NCBI GenBank assembly: GCA_030704615.1
Contig: CM060732.1
Location: 22,568,001-22,632,000, forward strand
Length of the DNA: 64,000 nt
Reading direction: 5' to 3'
From: Takakia lepidozioides
Lineage: Eukaryota; Plantae; Bryophyta
Shown here: positions 11,097-24,375 of the stretch, in pieces
How the letters are laid out: every line of letters begins with the position of its first letter
How positions within the stretch are numbered: position 1 is the stretch's first letter
Made by a program: the position numbers and the translations under genes
The notes under the pieces: model-generated
Seen by the model: the letters and a program-made list of their open reading frames with translations, nothing else
Database searches by the model: none
Told to the model about the DNA's origin: nothing

Positions 11097-14000
11097 TTAA
11101 CTGTGTTGAGAGAGTACCGCGCCAAGTGCAAAGTCCGATGCATATGCTTCCAAAAAGAATGGCTTAGATGGGTCTGCATGTACCAGTATTGGAGTCGTTG
11201 TAAATGCCTGCTTCAGCCTTTCAAATGTTTGGTCAGCCTTTTCGTCCCATACAAATTTGTCCTTCCCTGTGAGTCGTGTCAATGGTGCAGCAATTTTGGA
11301 GCAATCCTTGATAAAGATTCTATAGAAATTTGCAAATCCTAAAAAACATTGGACATCTCGGACCGAAATGGTTTAGTCCACTCGATGATGGTTTGTATTT
11401 TCTTCTGATCCATAAAGACTTATTTGTCGAAAATAATGTAGCCCAAAAATTCGACTTCAGATTGGTGGAAAAGACATTTTTCCAACTTGGCATATAGTTT
11501 TTTTTCCCTCAATTTATCAAGGACAAGGCGTACATGGCGACCATGTTTTTCTTCATTCTGTGAAAATATCAAAATATCGTCCAAATAGATGACTACAAAG
11601 TCATCTAAAAATTCTCGAAAGATGTCATTCATCATGTGTTGAAAAATTGCTGGAGCATTTGTAAGACCGAAAGGCATAACACTGTATTCGAAATGTCCGT
11701 ACCTTGTGCGAAAAACATTCTTCCATTCGTCTCATTCTCTTATTCGTACAAGGTTGTAAGCTCCTCTCAAGTCGATCTTTGTGAAAAAATTTGCTCGTCC
11801 AAGTTATTCGAGGAGTCCGGAAATCAACGGTAGTGGGTAATGATTTTTTATAGTGACTTTGTTGAGCCCACGATAGTCCACACACATGCGTAACGATCCG
11901 TCTTTCTTCTTCACAAATAAGATAGGTGCTCCCGCGGGTGATTTTGAATGTCGAATGAAATTCTTTGACAAATTTTCATCAATGTATTCGCGTAAAGCAG
12001 CCAGTTCCGTCTGAGATAAATTGTAGATCGGGCCGAACGGTGGTTGAGCTCCTTCTTGCAACTCAATTGCACGATTATAAGGTCGATGTTCTGGCAACAT
12101 GTCTGCATTTTTCTTCTCGAAAACATCCTTGTAATCTTGATATTGAGTGGGTAATGTCGAAGTCCATTGGTCTGTTGTGGTTTTGATCGGAGTCGCATAA
12201 AGTGCAAATGTTGCGTCTTTCTTCGTAGCTCTCATGAAGGCTCTAGCTCCAAGAAACGGGGTTTGAATACCTTAAGTACTTTTGCATTTTTGTCTTGCCG
12301 AAATTTTTCGTGATCGCCAGTCGATGTCAGGATTATGAAGTACAAACCAGGGAAGTCCAAGGATCACAGGATGCGTTGGAGACTGGATGACATTGAAAAC
12401 AATATGTGATGCTTGATTTTTAAGCTTCACTTCAAGGGGTCGAGTTTCATGGTCAATATTTCCTGATGCTAACGGTCGTCCATCCGTTACTTCAACAGGG
12501 GCCGAGAATTTCTTTCTTACGAGCGTTAAATTGTGTTGTTTCGCAAAGTCTTTGTCAATAAAACACGCTGAAGCGCCCGAGTCCAAAAGTGCTTCTACGG
12601 AGATATCTTGATTTTGCATCCTGATTTTTACTAGAACTATGAAACAAGGTACAGGGTCTGGAGGTAGAAAAAGATTTTTTTTTTGTGAAGAATTTGGGGT
12701 GTCCAGCCGCATGGTCCATACTGTGACTGGACATCTTCGTTTTCCGACCTCCTTGTATCGAACACTTGAGTTGTGCCCCGAGCTTTGAATCTTCTCTTGT
12801 TGGGGCAGTTTAATGCTATGTGATCATCTTCTCCGCAATAAAGGCATAATCCATTCGAGCGTCGTCTTTGTTTTTCTTGTGGCGTCAATGGCTTAAATCG
12901 GACAGCATCAATCTGCATAGGATCATTACCAGATGTCTGATGGATCGTTGTGTTTGGTGTCGTAGTAGCAGCGGCATGGTGCGTCGTCGACCATCCAGAT
13001 CGCTTCTCTTGACGTCTTTCGAACAAACGATTATCGCATGCAATGACTTGGGTGATGAATTCGCTCAGTGTACTCACGTTTGACATTGTCAATAATAAAA
13101 ATTTTCATCATCTTTTAGGCCACATCAAAACTGACTAATGAGCCTCTTCTCATTCCAATCAAGGTCGCACGCAAGTTGTCGCAATTCGGCAGCATAAACG
13201 GAAGCTGGACGTGTTCCTTGTCGAAGATTTCGCATCTTTGTCTCTGCAACTCTCTCTCTATCATTTTCTCCAAACGTTGCAGTGAACTCGGACATGAACG
13301 CTTCAAAATTGTATAGTAAATGCGATTTTTTCTCTAATAGCGGTGTAAACCAAAATAGGGCAATGTCTGATAGAAGGATGCCCACAAATCCCATTTGAAT
13401 ACCTTCATCAGGGTAGCGTTGTGGATGTAGTCGTATGAACATTCGTACTTGTTGAACAAAACCGCGAAATCTTGATCTTGTTCCATCAAATTTTTTGGGC
13501 ATGCTGACCTTTGGTTCCCTTGTAATCTGTTGAAGATTTGGAGGAACCGTTGCAGTAGGATTTGTTGTAGTAGGGACTCGTAAGGTTGAAGATCCATTGT
13601 TCGACTCCTTCAATTCTGAAATTTGTAGTTGCAAATTGTTGAGAGCGTTGTCAAGATCTTGAGACTGATCAACTTGTAGTTGGGCAGTAGAGGCATGAAG
13701 TTCTTGCATCTGGAGCTGAAGACTCTGCAATGTGGCGACCATTTCCACAAATGTGTCTTCCATCTTAACTAACTAAGGAACAAACTTTAGTCTCGCCAAG
13801 TTGTCAAGGACAAGAACATGATTGAACACAAACAAGAGATCAGACTAGAGGTACAAGACTAGACAGGAAGTCAAGGTCGACGTGGTCGTATGCACGATGA
13901 GTAAATAGGAATCAAGACGATCTTTATAACAATGAACAAGAGTACAAGATATTGGAACACGACTTGAATACTGGAATGCTGGAAACTGGACTGGAGTATC

Positions 14001-14443
14001 AGATACTGGAAACAAGGCTAGAGTACTGGGAACTGGACTGGAGTACTGAGAACTGGAAATAAGAGTAGCTTGAACTGGTGTTGGCGAGACTGAAAAGTGT
14101 CCAGTCTCGCCTCTTATATATACTGGCTACTAAGAAGCTTCCCTAAGAAGCTTCCCCTATGGAGGTTTCTTGCTGGAGAAGTTTCCAAGAGTAAACAAAG
14201 GTTTCTTGATGGAAAAACTTCCTTAAACAAATGAGGTATCTTGATGTAGAAGTTTCCTCCAAAAGAAGCTTCATGAGCAGTTTTTTAAGGTACTCTTGAT
14301 AATTTGGTAAACTCCCGGTAACATGGTAAGCAATGGTAAATCATGATAGATCATGGTAAGTCATGGTAACTTTCGATAATATGGTAACTTGGTAACTTCT
14401 GGTATTTACTTCTGGTAAATTTATCTGGGCTATGTTCGTGACA
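11097..14443 (-). mobile_element. Ty3/gypsy chromovirus (Tcn1/Tf1-like), 3'-truncated and degenerate: 5' LTR 14443-13802, gag, PR, RT, partial RNase H
   Basis: Gag MPKKFDG (13763-), CCHC CLYCGEDDHIALNC, protease [26 protein letters not shown] / [10 protein letters not shown] / YLDDILI, RNase H ASDFALGAVLSQ ending at 11097. LTR TGTCAC...TTGACA is 642 bp. Several frameshifts; no integrase or 3' LTR. Confidence 0.92.
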
Positions 14444-14765
14444 GTAGCTTGAACTCATGTTGGCGAGACTGAAGAGTGTCCAATCTAGTCTCCTATATAT
14501 ACTGGCTACTAGGAGGTTCCCTAAGAGGCTTCCTCAATGGAGGTTTCTTGATAGAGAAGTTTCTAAGGTTAAACAAAGATTTCTTGATGGAGAAGTTTCC
14601 TTAAACAAATGAGGTATCTTGATGGAGAAGTTTCTTCCAAAGAAAGCTTCCTAAACAGTTTCTCAAGTTACTCTCGATAATTTGGTAAATTCTCGATAAC
14701 TTGATAACTAATGTTAACTTATGGTATTTACTCCTGGTAAGTTCATCTGGGCTATGTCTGTGACA
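14444..14765 (-). mobile_element. Partial (U3 + start of R) LTR of a related chromovirus
   Basis: Starts TGTCACAGACATAGCCCAGAT at 14765, paralleling TGTCACGAACATAGCCCAGAT at 14443. Collinear with 14065-14443 and stops abruptly at 14444. Confidence 0.85.
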
Positions 14766-15777
14766 CATACCCGGAAACTATATATGCCCTTAGGGTATAT
14801 TTTGGCATATATATCCTTACCCGGGGGTTATATAGCCGACTTCACCCTGTTGGAACTCCATGGTGGAGGTCGCAGAAGATCTGTAGAGTGTGGAATTGAA
14901 GCAATCCATCCAAGAGAGATTTGAGGTATCAAAACTTGAGCTGGGTTCTGGACTTGTTGGCACGGACCTTCTTATGGCGCCAATTAAATTCTGTTTCATC
15001 CCCTTCACCAGGGGACTTCCCATTGAGGGGGGATGGCATCCAGTTAACCCTTGTGTTGGGAAGACAGGTTCCGAGCACGTTGTCTTTGCCCCAAGTCTCG
15101 TGGAAATCTTGAAGCAGCTTCCTCCACCGTTGTTCTGAAGTTCTGGGAAGAGCTGCACAAATCACACCCCAGGCTTTCCTCCCCTCAGTAAGCAGCTCAT
15201 GATATATAGAAAACAATATCGATCTGCCTCTAGGGGGTTTTCCCTCAAAACCCAGGCACATCTCATTTTCTAGAGATTCCACAGAGTAAGTGCTCTCAGC
15301 AAGGCCCATACCGGGCAGCTGGTCTGATATCTACCAGGCGAGTGATTGAGAAGAAGAAGGAGAGAGGGTGGGGGCGAGGGGAAGGAGCTCCAAATGGAGT
15401 AGAAAGCAAGAACCACCCGCCAGACCTGTTTGGACAAATTACATAGAAGGAGGGAGTGTTCCATGGAGCTTTGTTACAGCTGAAGGCTCCCTAACAACAC
15501 AATAGAAAGAAAGAAGACCTAGATATAAAGGTCGTAGAACTAGTCTTATGTCCCAAAAAACTTCTGCAAAAAAAAATACTAGATTTTGCTAGATGGATGA
15601 GATTCCCTAAAAGTACCTCGATGCTAAATGTCACCTCGAATGCTACCGCCGTTGCTATGCTATCGCCGTCAAATGCTACCACCGTTGCTATCCTACCGCC
15701 GTGGCTATGTTACCCTATATACCCTGATTAGATATACCTTTTATTTTGACATATATCCTTCAGAAAAATAGGATATA

Positions 15778-16943
15778 TCGTACTTACCTAGCTTATTAGG
15801 CACTGCCGCGCCTAATAATTAATTAAAATGGAATATTATTAGGCAGATTCGTCTTTATTATAATTTCCAAACATTTGGCATGTATTACAGTAGACCTTGG
15901 ATAAATGTTACTTTTTTTTTGTTATTACACCCTTAATGATATGAAATCTTTGCTCTGTAAAAATTTACACTTAAAAATGGCATGACTAGAGCATTATTTG
16001 ATATATGTTATAAAAATATGGCTCTCCTCTTTGTTAGCACACCTCCATAGTTGTTAGATTTTATGCTCAGCCTTAACATTGTTGGTTTGAGAAAACACTC
16101 ATCCACTCTTATCAAGGATCTACGGTTCTTATCCAATGGCACCATGTCCATAACAAAATAACATTTTGAACAATTGTTTTTTACCTCCCCCCAAAACTAT
16201 AATTTTCTTTTTAAAAAAACATAATAATTTTGAAACTAGGTCTTGCCTCAACAATTATTTTTGACCTCCCTCAAAAAATATTGTTGAGGTAATTTTTTTA
16301 TTTAAAAAAATATAATGGTTGGATATGTGATAAAAGATTTTTTTTTATAACCTGCTTTATTGATTTTTCCCTCAAATGTTATGTTTTGGATTTTGACCTC
16401 TTTTTCTGTTACCTGATATATTTACATAAATGTTATAATGTTTTTGCTCTATAGGGATAACAATTATTTAGGATCGACTGTACTATAAGTTAGGTGGTAC
16501 TGAAGGGTCTTACCTATACCTACACATCTGGTACAACCCTAATTCTCTTTGCTTGTGTTTTTTGTAAGGGAGAACTAGGTTGGAGGCGCTAGAAGTTGCA
16601 GGTACCTTACCTTAACATTCTCTCATATTCAGAAGACTCACATGAGATAGGTGATGAGACTTATGAGGATGTAGTTGCATCAATGTAGGGCCCTTTGGAA
16701 GTTGTGTGGACATGAACTTTTAAATTATAGGCATTTTTGCCATATTTTTGAACTTTAAATAATATAATTTATGCATTTTTTCCACATATTTGGACATTTT
16801 GGTATTTTTTTCACAATTTTCGAGAAATTAGGCACTTCTTAGGAATTTTTTCCAAGTTTTAGGCACATTTTCCAAAAATGTTCTAATTTAATTAGGCACT
16901 TGATTTTGAATTAATTAGTGTCTAATAAGCTAGGTAAGTACGA
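15778..16943. mobile_element. Non-autonomous TIR element (MITE family A), TA TSD, Tc1/mariner-pogo-like
   Basis: TA|TCGTACTTACCTAGCTTATTAG ... CTAATAAGCTAGGTAAGTACGA|TA: perfect 22-bp TIR, AT-rich non-coding interior, second copy at 24978-26463. Confidence 0.85.
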
Positions 16944-16945
16944 TA

Positions 16946-17661
16946 CTGTAGTGGGAAGGCTGATCTGGCATTAAATAATTAGAAATGAATCTGCCTAATA
17001 ATTAAGTGAAAATTTAGGAAAAACTGCCGAAATTCCAGAAACTTTATAAAAAAAAAGCCTAAAATTTCAAACAAACTCCAAATATCAAATCTCCAAATGC
17101 ATGTTTGAAGGCATAAAGCTCTAGGAAAATATTTTCCTTAGCTCTGAGAAATCCTAGAATAATTGGCTGAACAATCACTGCATTTGATTGACCAGATGCT
17201 CTCATGGCTCTTAACAACCCACATAATTTGTTTTTTGTTTGTTTGTTTTTTTTTTTTAAAGAAAGGGAAACACCTGGGAGCAACAGCTCACAAATCAGGC
17301 CCCTTAGTAGTGAGAGGAGAAAATAACCTCTTTCATTTATGCGCCATGGAGGCGAATGAGTGGGACACCACCCAGGAACCATACCACACCCGTCAGTAGC
17401 AAGATTTGACCCCAGAATCATCTGGGTGGCACTCAGTGCACTTAACCATATGACCTAATGACTGTTGGTACATAATTCTTTTACCACATCTGGTACAGTA
17501 GATAGAGCAAGTTCATGCAGGGAGTCACCGCCGAATTACTTAAAATCTCCTCGTGGCATTGCCGTAAAATCTAGAAATTTCCTTAAGTTGTGCCAAAGTG
17601 TTTTGTTGTAAAGAAAATAAATATTCGGCACTTCACTGCCGGATCAGCCTGCTGAGTACGG
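16946..17661. mobile_element. Non-autonomous TIR element (MITE family B), TA TSD, abutting family A
   Basis: Left CTGTAGTGGGAAGGCTGATCTGGCA versus reverse complement of right end CCGTACTCAGCAGGCTGATCCGGCA (~19/25). TA at 16944-45 and 17662-63. Shares the ATTATTAGGCAGATT motif with family A. Confidence 0.6.
17230..17468 (-). mobile_element. Putative degenerate tRNA-derived SINE
   Basis: A-box-like TAGGTCATATGG (17457-17446), B-box-like GGGTCAAATCT (17412-17402), A-rich tail (T-run 17230-17257). The body segment GCTCACAAATCAGGCCCCTTA recurs at ~18055-18075. Confidence 0.45.
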
Positions 17662-18179
17662 TATTGGACTTCTTGATGCGAGGTGAATATAAGGATAAGG
17701 GTATATCATAAAAATATACCCTAATATAAGGGTATACATCCATCGCCCGCAAATTTTCGGTAGCTACGTCATAATGACTGTGGCTCCTTGGTCCCCCATC
17801 CTCGCACCTCTTGAGGCTCCACACGCTTGGCCACACATGTGGGGCCGCCCACGCCATGCCTTGGTGTAGCTCGCCCAAACTGGCTCACCACTCCTGTAAA
17901 CACTTGTGGGCCGCCTTTCCCTTTCCCTACCCTACCCTACCCCTACTTCCCCACCCATACCCTAAGTATGATTACTATCTAGTATGTCCCCAAAAAATTA
18001 TACTTCTCATATTTTAAGAAAATATATTAGAAACAGAAACACCTTAGAGCGGCCGCTCACAAATCAGGCCCCTTAAAATAATCTCTTTCAAAGTAACAAG
18101 GCTCATTTTCAGATTGAATATAATCCGAATAAATAGTTTTACTTGACATAAGGTGGTTTTTTATCATTGAGTCTTGTTT

Positions 18180-18850
18180 GATGGGTACTTGTCGAAAGGT
18201 TGTTCCTAGTTTGAAAATTCCTCAATGTTATTATACCCTTCAGAAGGTTGTGCTTGTCAATTTTTCAATTAAGCGGAATTTAAACAAATATTTTTACCTA
18301 ATAGAAGGTTATTTCTATTTGATGGATACCTGGTGGAAGGTTGTTCAAATCAAATTTTAAATTGCTCAATCCAAACATATTGGGATATACTCGGGAAGAT
18401 TGTTTCAATCATGTTTTAACTTGCATAAACCAAACAAAATATGTTTAATACATTACGGAAGGTTGTTTCTACCATTAGGTCATACATATTAAACATATTT
18501 GCTTGGATTTTTATGCAAGTTAAAAAATGACACACAACAATCTTCTAGAGGGTACACCAATATGTTTGGATTGAGCAATTTTAAAATTGACACGGACAAC
18601 CTTCCGATAGGTATCATCGCGCATGACATAGTGGTAGAAACAACCTTCCGTAAGGTACTAAGCATATTTGTTTGGATTTTATACAAGTTAAAAAATGACA
18701 CACAACAATCTTCCGGAGGGTACACCAATATCTTTGGATTAAGCAATTTTAAAATTGTCATGAACAACCTTCCAACAAGCATACGGACGGTTGTCCCTAC
18801 CATTAGGTGATGCATGATGGATACCTTTCGGAAGATTGTTCATGTCAAAA
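18180..18850. repeat. Foldback-like array of ~168-bp units in direct and inverted orientation (AACAACCTTCC motif)
   Basis: 18491-18658 is repeated at 18660-18790; 18335-18480 is an inverted copy. Confidence 0.7.
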
Positions 18851-19094
18851 AAAAATGGAAAAAAAAAGAAAGGTGGACGCGTTGCCGAAGCAAGCGTAAC
18901 TTATGGTGTCACTTGACCCAGAAGGGCTACCTGCCTTCCGGTTGGAAGGTGGACACCTTTGTAACAACCAACATGGTGATTTGATCCCACAACCACTTGT
19001 AAGAGGGTATATGCCCTTACCGCTGGGCTACATGTTGGTTGTTTGTTCATATCAAGTTTTAAATTACTTAATCCAAATAATGTTAGAGTACCTG

Positions 19095-21040
19095 GTTTTT
19101 GTTCATTGCGAAAAAGAAATCCTGCAATGGCTATTGCACCCATTGTGGTTGAAGCCCCTCTTTTGCCCGCATGTACTTGAATATGTGTGCGACACATGTG
19201 CGGAGACACAACAGACGAATAAATCGTTTGCCTCCCCATCAACACCAAGCCATTCCAGAATGTAATTGAATCTAAATTAATTTTAAGCCAATAAATATGT
19301 TTGCACTGCCTTTCATTGGGGGTTTCTGGCACGTATCGATTTTGTTTTTGGCTCAATTTTGTTCTGCGGCTTCAAGCATCCCGCTGCTACTCCCCCGCCA
19401 AAATTTGGACCAATAAAAAATGCCCCAAAAAAAAAGTGTTCTCTTCGTTCACTATTGCAGAACTCTCTATGAAGAGTGCATGAAATAGAGCACAAATCAA
19501 GTTTGGAATGCAAAATGGGCAAGAAACTGTGGTTTTGGGTCCAAGGAATTTTGATCGCTCCCAAATTTGGCACGCACGTTGCATATGGAGTCATTACACG
19601 CCCCATTCAAAAACGGAATGAAAAAAAAAAACATGAGCACGCGAAACGCAGTCCAACAGGTCCTAAAGTAATAGCAGATCTAACAGAATACATTCAATGG
19701 GTGAACGGATGGTTGCCCATCCAAATCATTTTTGTTTGCTTCCAAACTTTGCCAGTACCTTCGAGACACCCTCTCACAGGTCCCGGACTAATATCAGATC
19801 AATCAAAATTCATTCGATGGCTCAACGGATGGTTGGCCATCGAAATGATTTTGGTTCGCTTTGAGACTTGGCCAGTATGTTCAATGTACCATGGAAGATG
19901 CCCAAGAGTAATATGAGATCAATCGAAATTCGTTCAATGGGCCAACGGATGGTTACCCACCCAAATGATTTTCGTTCGCATTGAGACTTTGGCCAGTGTA
20001 TTCAATGTATCCTCTGATAGGTCCCAGTGTAATATGAGATCAATCGAAATTCATTCGATGGGCCAATGAGGCGTTCAGTTGTCATCTGATTTTTGTTCAT
20101 TGCGAAAAAGAAATCCTGCAATGCGTGCACGGCTATTGCACCCATTGTGGTTGAAGCCCCTCTTTTGCCCGCATGTACTTGAATATGTGTGCGACACATG
20201 TGCGGAGACACAACAGACGAATAAATCGTTTGGCTCCCCATCGACACCAAGCCATTCCAGAATGTAATTGAATTTAAATTAATTTTAAGCCAATAAATAT
20301 GTTTGCACTGCCTTTCATTGGGGGTTTCTGGCACGTATCGATTTTGTTTCTGGATCAATTTTGTTCTACGGCTTCAAGCATCCCACTGCTACTCCCCCAC
20401 CAAAATTTGGACCAATAAAAAATGTCCCCCAAAAAAAGTGTTCTCTTCGCTCACTATTGCAGAACTCTCTATGAAGAGTGCATGAAATAGAGCACAAATC
20501 AAGTTTGGAGTGCAAAACGGGCAAGAAACTGTGGTTTTGGGTCCAAATGAATTTTGATCGCTCCCAAATTTGGCACGCACGTTGCATATGGAGTCATTAC
20601 ACGCCCCATTCAAAAACGGAATGAAAAAAAAACATGAGCACGCGAAACGCAGTCCAACAGGTCCGAAAGTAATAGCAGATCCAACAGAATACATTCAATG
20701 GGTGAACGGATGGTTGCCCATCCAAATCATTTTTGTTTGCTTCTAAACTTTGCCAGTATCTTTGAGACACCGTCTCACAGGTCCCGGACTAATATCAGAT
20801 CAATCGAAATTCATTCAATGGCTCAACGGATGGTTGGTCATCGAAATGATTTTGGTTCGCTTTGAGACTTGGCCAGTATGTTCAATGTACCATGGAAAGG
20901 CCCCAGTAATATGAGATCAATCGAAATTCGTTCAGTGGGCCAACGGATGGTTGCCCATCCAAATGATTTTCGTTCGCTTTGAAACTTGGCCAATGTGTTC
21001 AATGTACCCTCTGATAGGTCCCAGTGTAATATGAAATCGA
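19095..21040 (+). repeat. ~1-kb tandem duplication (19095-20065 / 20090-21040), each copy ending in 120-bp subrepeats
   Basis: Near-identical copies offset by 994-1002 bp; 120-bp period at 19694, 19814, 19934 and 20055. A diverged third copy of the head lies at ~22030-22290. Confidence 0.9.
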
Positions 21041-21059
21041 TCGTTAACGATTAATCATG

Positions 21060-22750
21060 AATCATCCAACAGGGGAATTGTTGGTTCACCCTTTGAACCA
21101 TTTAACATTGACATCATACTTGTCAAGTGACTTTAAGAGGGCATGTGCAAGACACTCGCAAAGTTTCAAATCAATCCAAAATCATTTGGCAGGGGCATGA
21201 TTGGTTCACCCATAGCCAATTTCAGGGGCTGGACTTGCAATTTGAGGGGCTAGAAGTGCAATTTTGAGGGGTTGTAATTAAATTTCAGGGGCTTCAATTG
21301 CAACTTGAGAGGTTGGAATTGACAATTTCAAGGGCTCAAATTACAATTTGAGGGGCGGCCGGGATTGGTCATTTTAGGGACCGGCATTACCAATTTTAAG
21401 GGCTTGAATTGCATTTTGAATTGTAAATCAAGGGTTAGAATGGGCCATTGGGGGGCTAGAATTACCAAAGCAATGACATCCAAAGCAATATAAAATCATT
21501 TGATAGCGGAATGATTGGTTCACCCTTTCAACCATTTTTTATTCACGTCATACTTGTCCGGTATTTGTAAGAGGGCATGTGGCTGACACTTGCAAAGCTT
21601 CAAAGCAATGTAAAATCATTTGATAGGGGAACAATTGGTTCACCCTTTCAACCATATTTTACTGACCTCATACTTATATGGTACCTTTAAAATGGCATGT
21701 GAAAGACACTTGCAAAGCTTTAAAGCACTCAAAAATCATTTGATATGTTCATGATTGATTCACCCTTTCAACCATTTTAGATTGACTTGAAACTTGTGAA
21801 AGACCTGTAAGAGGGCATATACAAGACACTTGCAAAGTTTCAAATCAATTTAAAATCATTTGGTAGGGGGACGATTGGTTCACCCTTTAAACCATTTTAG
21901 ATTGATGTCATATTTCTCAAAGACGTGTAAGAGGGCATGTAGAAGACACTTGCAAAGTTTCGGAGCAATAAAATATCATTTCATCGGGGAAGTTTTCGTT
22001 CACCTTTTCATCCAATATTGAATTGAACTAGATTTTTACTAAATAAAATGATTTAGAGGGCATAGGATTGTGGGGCGCAATGATTTTGTTTTTGGCTTGA
22101 TTTTGTTCTGTGAGTTGAACCCTCACACCACCACATCTTTGCCAAAAAATGTACCAAAGAAAAATGTTTGAAAAAAAAAGTTCATCCTTTGCTCTATGCT
22201 CATTATTGCAGAACTCTCTATGAAGAGTGCATGAAGTTGAAGATAACTTCACCTTGGAGTGCAAAATGAGGGAATAAAATGTGTTTTGGATGCAGACGAT
22301 GTCTGTTCATGGTGATATTTTGCATGCAACTCTTCATGTTGTTATCAAGCATATGGCTTCAGAATGGAATTAAAAACAATTCATGTGCGAGACGAAAGGT
22401 TGTTTCTCGTCTATACGACACATACCTCCGTTATGAATTTGAATAACCCATTCAAACAACTTTATTGAAGTTCAACTTTGGTCCATATGTGCTTAAATAC
22501 ATACAAATCACCTACACAAAGTTGCAAGCGAAGAAATAATCATTTGCCCCCCGAACGACTCGTTAAACCTTTCAACCAATTTTCAATCATGAATCATTTA
22601 ATATGGGAACTATTGGTTCACCCGTAGAACCATTTTAGATTGACCTCATACTTGTCCAGTAACTTAAAGAGAGCATGTACAAGACACTCCCAAAGTTTCA
22701 AATCAATCTAAAATCATTTGGCAGGGGAACGATTGGTTCACCCATTGACC
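21060..22750 (+). repeat. 120-bp tandem array (core 21481-22020, with extra units at ~21060-21210 and ~22590-22745)
   Basis: Units start at 21481, 21601, 21721, 21841 and 21961 (exact 120-bp period). A ~21-bp AATTTGAGGGG minisatellite lies at 21220-21460. Confidence 0.88.
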
Positions 22751-23023
22751 CGGTGTATACTGTCACTCTTCAAGATTCGTGGGTGTGGTGCTTGATTATC
22801 CCATATGATGGACCCAGGTGCCATGGCCAAGTAACAAACCATTAAAACATTATGGTACGAGACAAATACAATTGAAAATAACATTTATTCAAACATGATG
22901 TACAGTCAGAGGTCTACAAGTTTTTATCCATCCTCCAGCAATTTTTGGGCTCAGGCCAATTGAATAGCCCCGTCATGAAACGCTTCACAACATTTTCTAG
23001 TTTGTACCGCAACTCTACTGTGT

Positions 23024-24375
23024 TTACACACAAGTTTTCAGAGCCGAAGCAAAACAGGTTCCAGTAGACATATCGTTGAACAGGCTTGCATCGAGCGTGT
23101 TACCCCCATTTATTGCCTGGGCTATCTTCCCAATTGCAAAGGTCTCTGATGGCACGGTTAGAGGTGGCCTACGAGGTGTGTTATCTGACTGGTTGTTGGC
23201 TACATTATGAACAATTGCAATTTCAGGTGCAATCCACCATCTATGTGCGAGAGTCTTTAACATCTTATCTCTGCTCTCGAAAATGTACAACGTGATTTTT
23301 GGGTCTCCGTCGTGGAGGCCATCCCCCAATCGTATACCCCGATATACACATCTTCAGACCCATGTGGAAAATGCAACAAGATGTTGTCGGGGGACATTGA
23401 GCATGATGTGCATAAGCGCCCATGCCAATTGGGTGCGATTCTGTCGGAATCGAACCAGTCGGTTGACCTCCTGCATTTCCTGCTCCGTCCCCCGTCGTTC
23501 CATTAACTCCCTGTTATCCCGATCATTCCCCCATTTCCTGTCAATACTCAACCATGATCGTATGGTCCTCCCATTCCACCAATGTGTGTAACCTTCATTT
23601 CGACGTGGATGCAACGTAAAATACTTTATGATGCCGAAATGATGGAACTTTACAGCGAACGCCTCATTGTTATGTTGGACTTTGACAAGCTCAACATTTG
23701 TTTCCCTGGGCGTTTTCCCTGCTAGCTCCCAAGATGGAAGAATGAATTGATCCCCAACAATTCTAACCCTCCGAATTGTACCATACCCTCCATGTTTAGG
23801 CGCTTCGAGTTGTTGTACATGTGCGATTGTGGATATGTATCTCACGTTCAATGCCGCATCCGCGGACAAGGACCGTGCCTTCCATGAGAGTGGTTTCGTA
23901 CGTCGTTTGGCATGGGTCTTTGCCATGTCAGACCACCAATCCACAAGCACAAACTTGGCATGCGACCTTCAGCTACAGGTATTCTCGTAACAAACTTGTC
24001 TATGGTTTGCATCAGATTCCATGTGGCATCATGGGCCCGGTCCTCCATCCATTTCGTGAATTGGAACTTCGCCTTGTCCTCCTCCCATTCATCCCCGGCC
24101 AAAGCCTCCCTCATTCTCATCTCCATATTGTGCTGGAATCTAAGGAACCCCTCATTCACATGTCGGACATACAAAAGATTCAAACGCATTATGTGATTGT
24201 CCATCAAATAATCCAGCACTACTTGCTTCACCACCTTCGCGGCCTCTGCGCTTGGATAGTCTTTTTTTGTTGACCTGACTATCCCGTTCATGTGCATGTT
24301 TACGCTTCCTACCTTTACGCCTACTTCCCAAGAAACCCCCTGACACTACGTTCGAAGCAACGTTGCTGGACATGA
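23024..24375 (-). pseudogene. Divergent protein kinase, frameshifted, probably transposon cargo
   Basis: Across frames: HGGYGTI (Gly loop), LAGK, NEAF, SPDNILLHF (preceding HxD deleted), VYIGVYDWGMA (DFG-like), WWIAPE. Intronless; next to the 120-bp arrays. Confidence 0.7.

Noticed and set aside
14817-15464. Protein-coding gene from the minus-strand ORFs (also 10390-10753)
   Set aside because: No recognisable domain; probably a decayed TE coding region that cannot be assigned by eye.
18901-20694. Duplicated small ORFs
   Set aside because: By-products of a non-coding 1-kb tandem duplication; frames are not conserved between copies.
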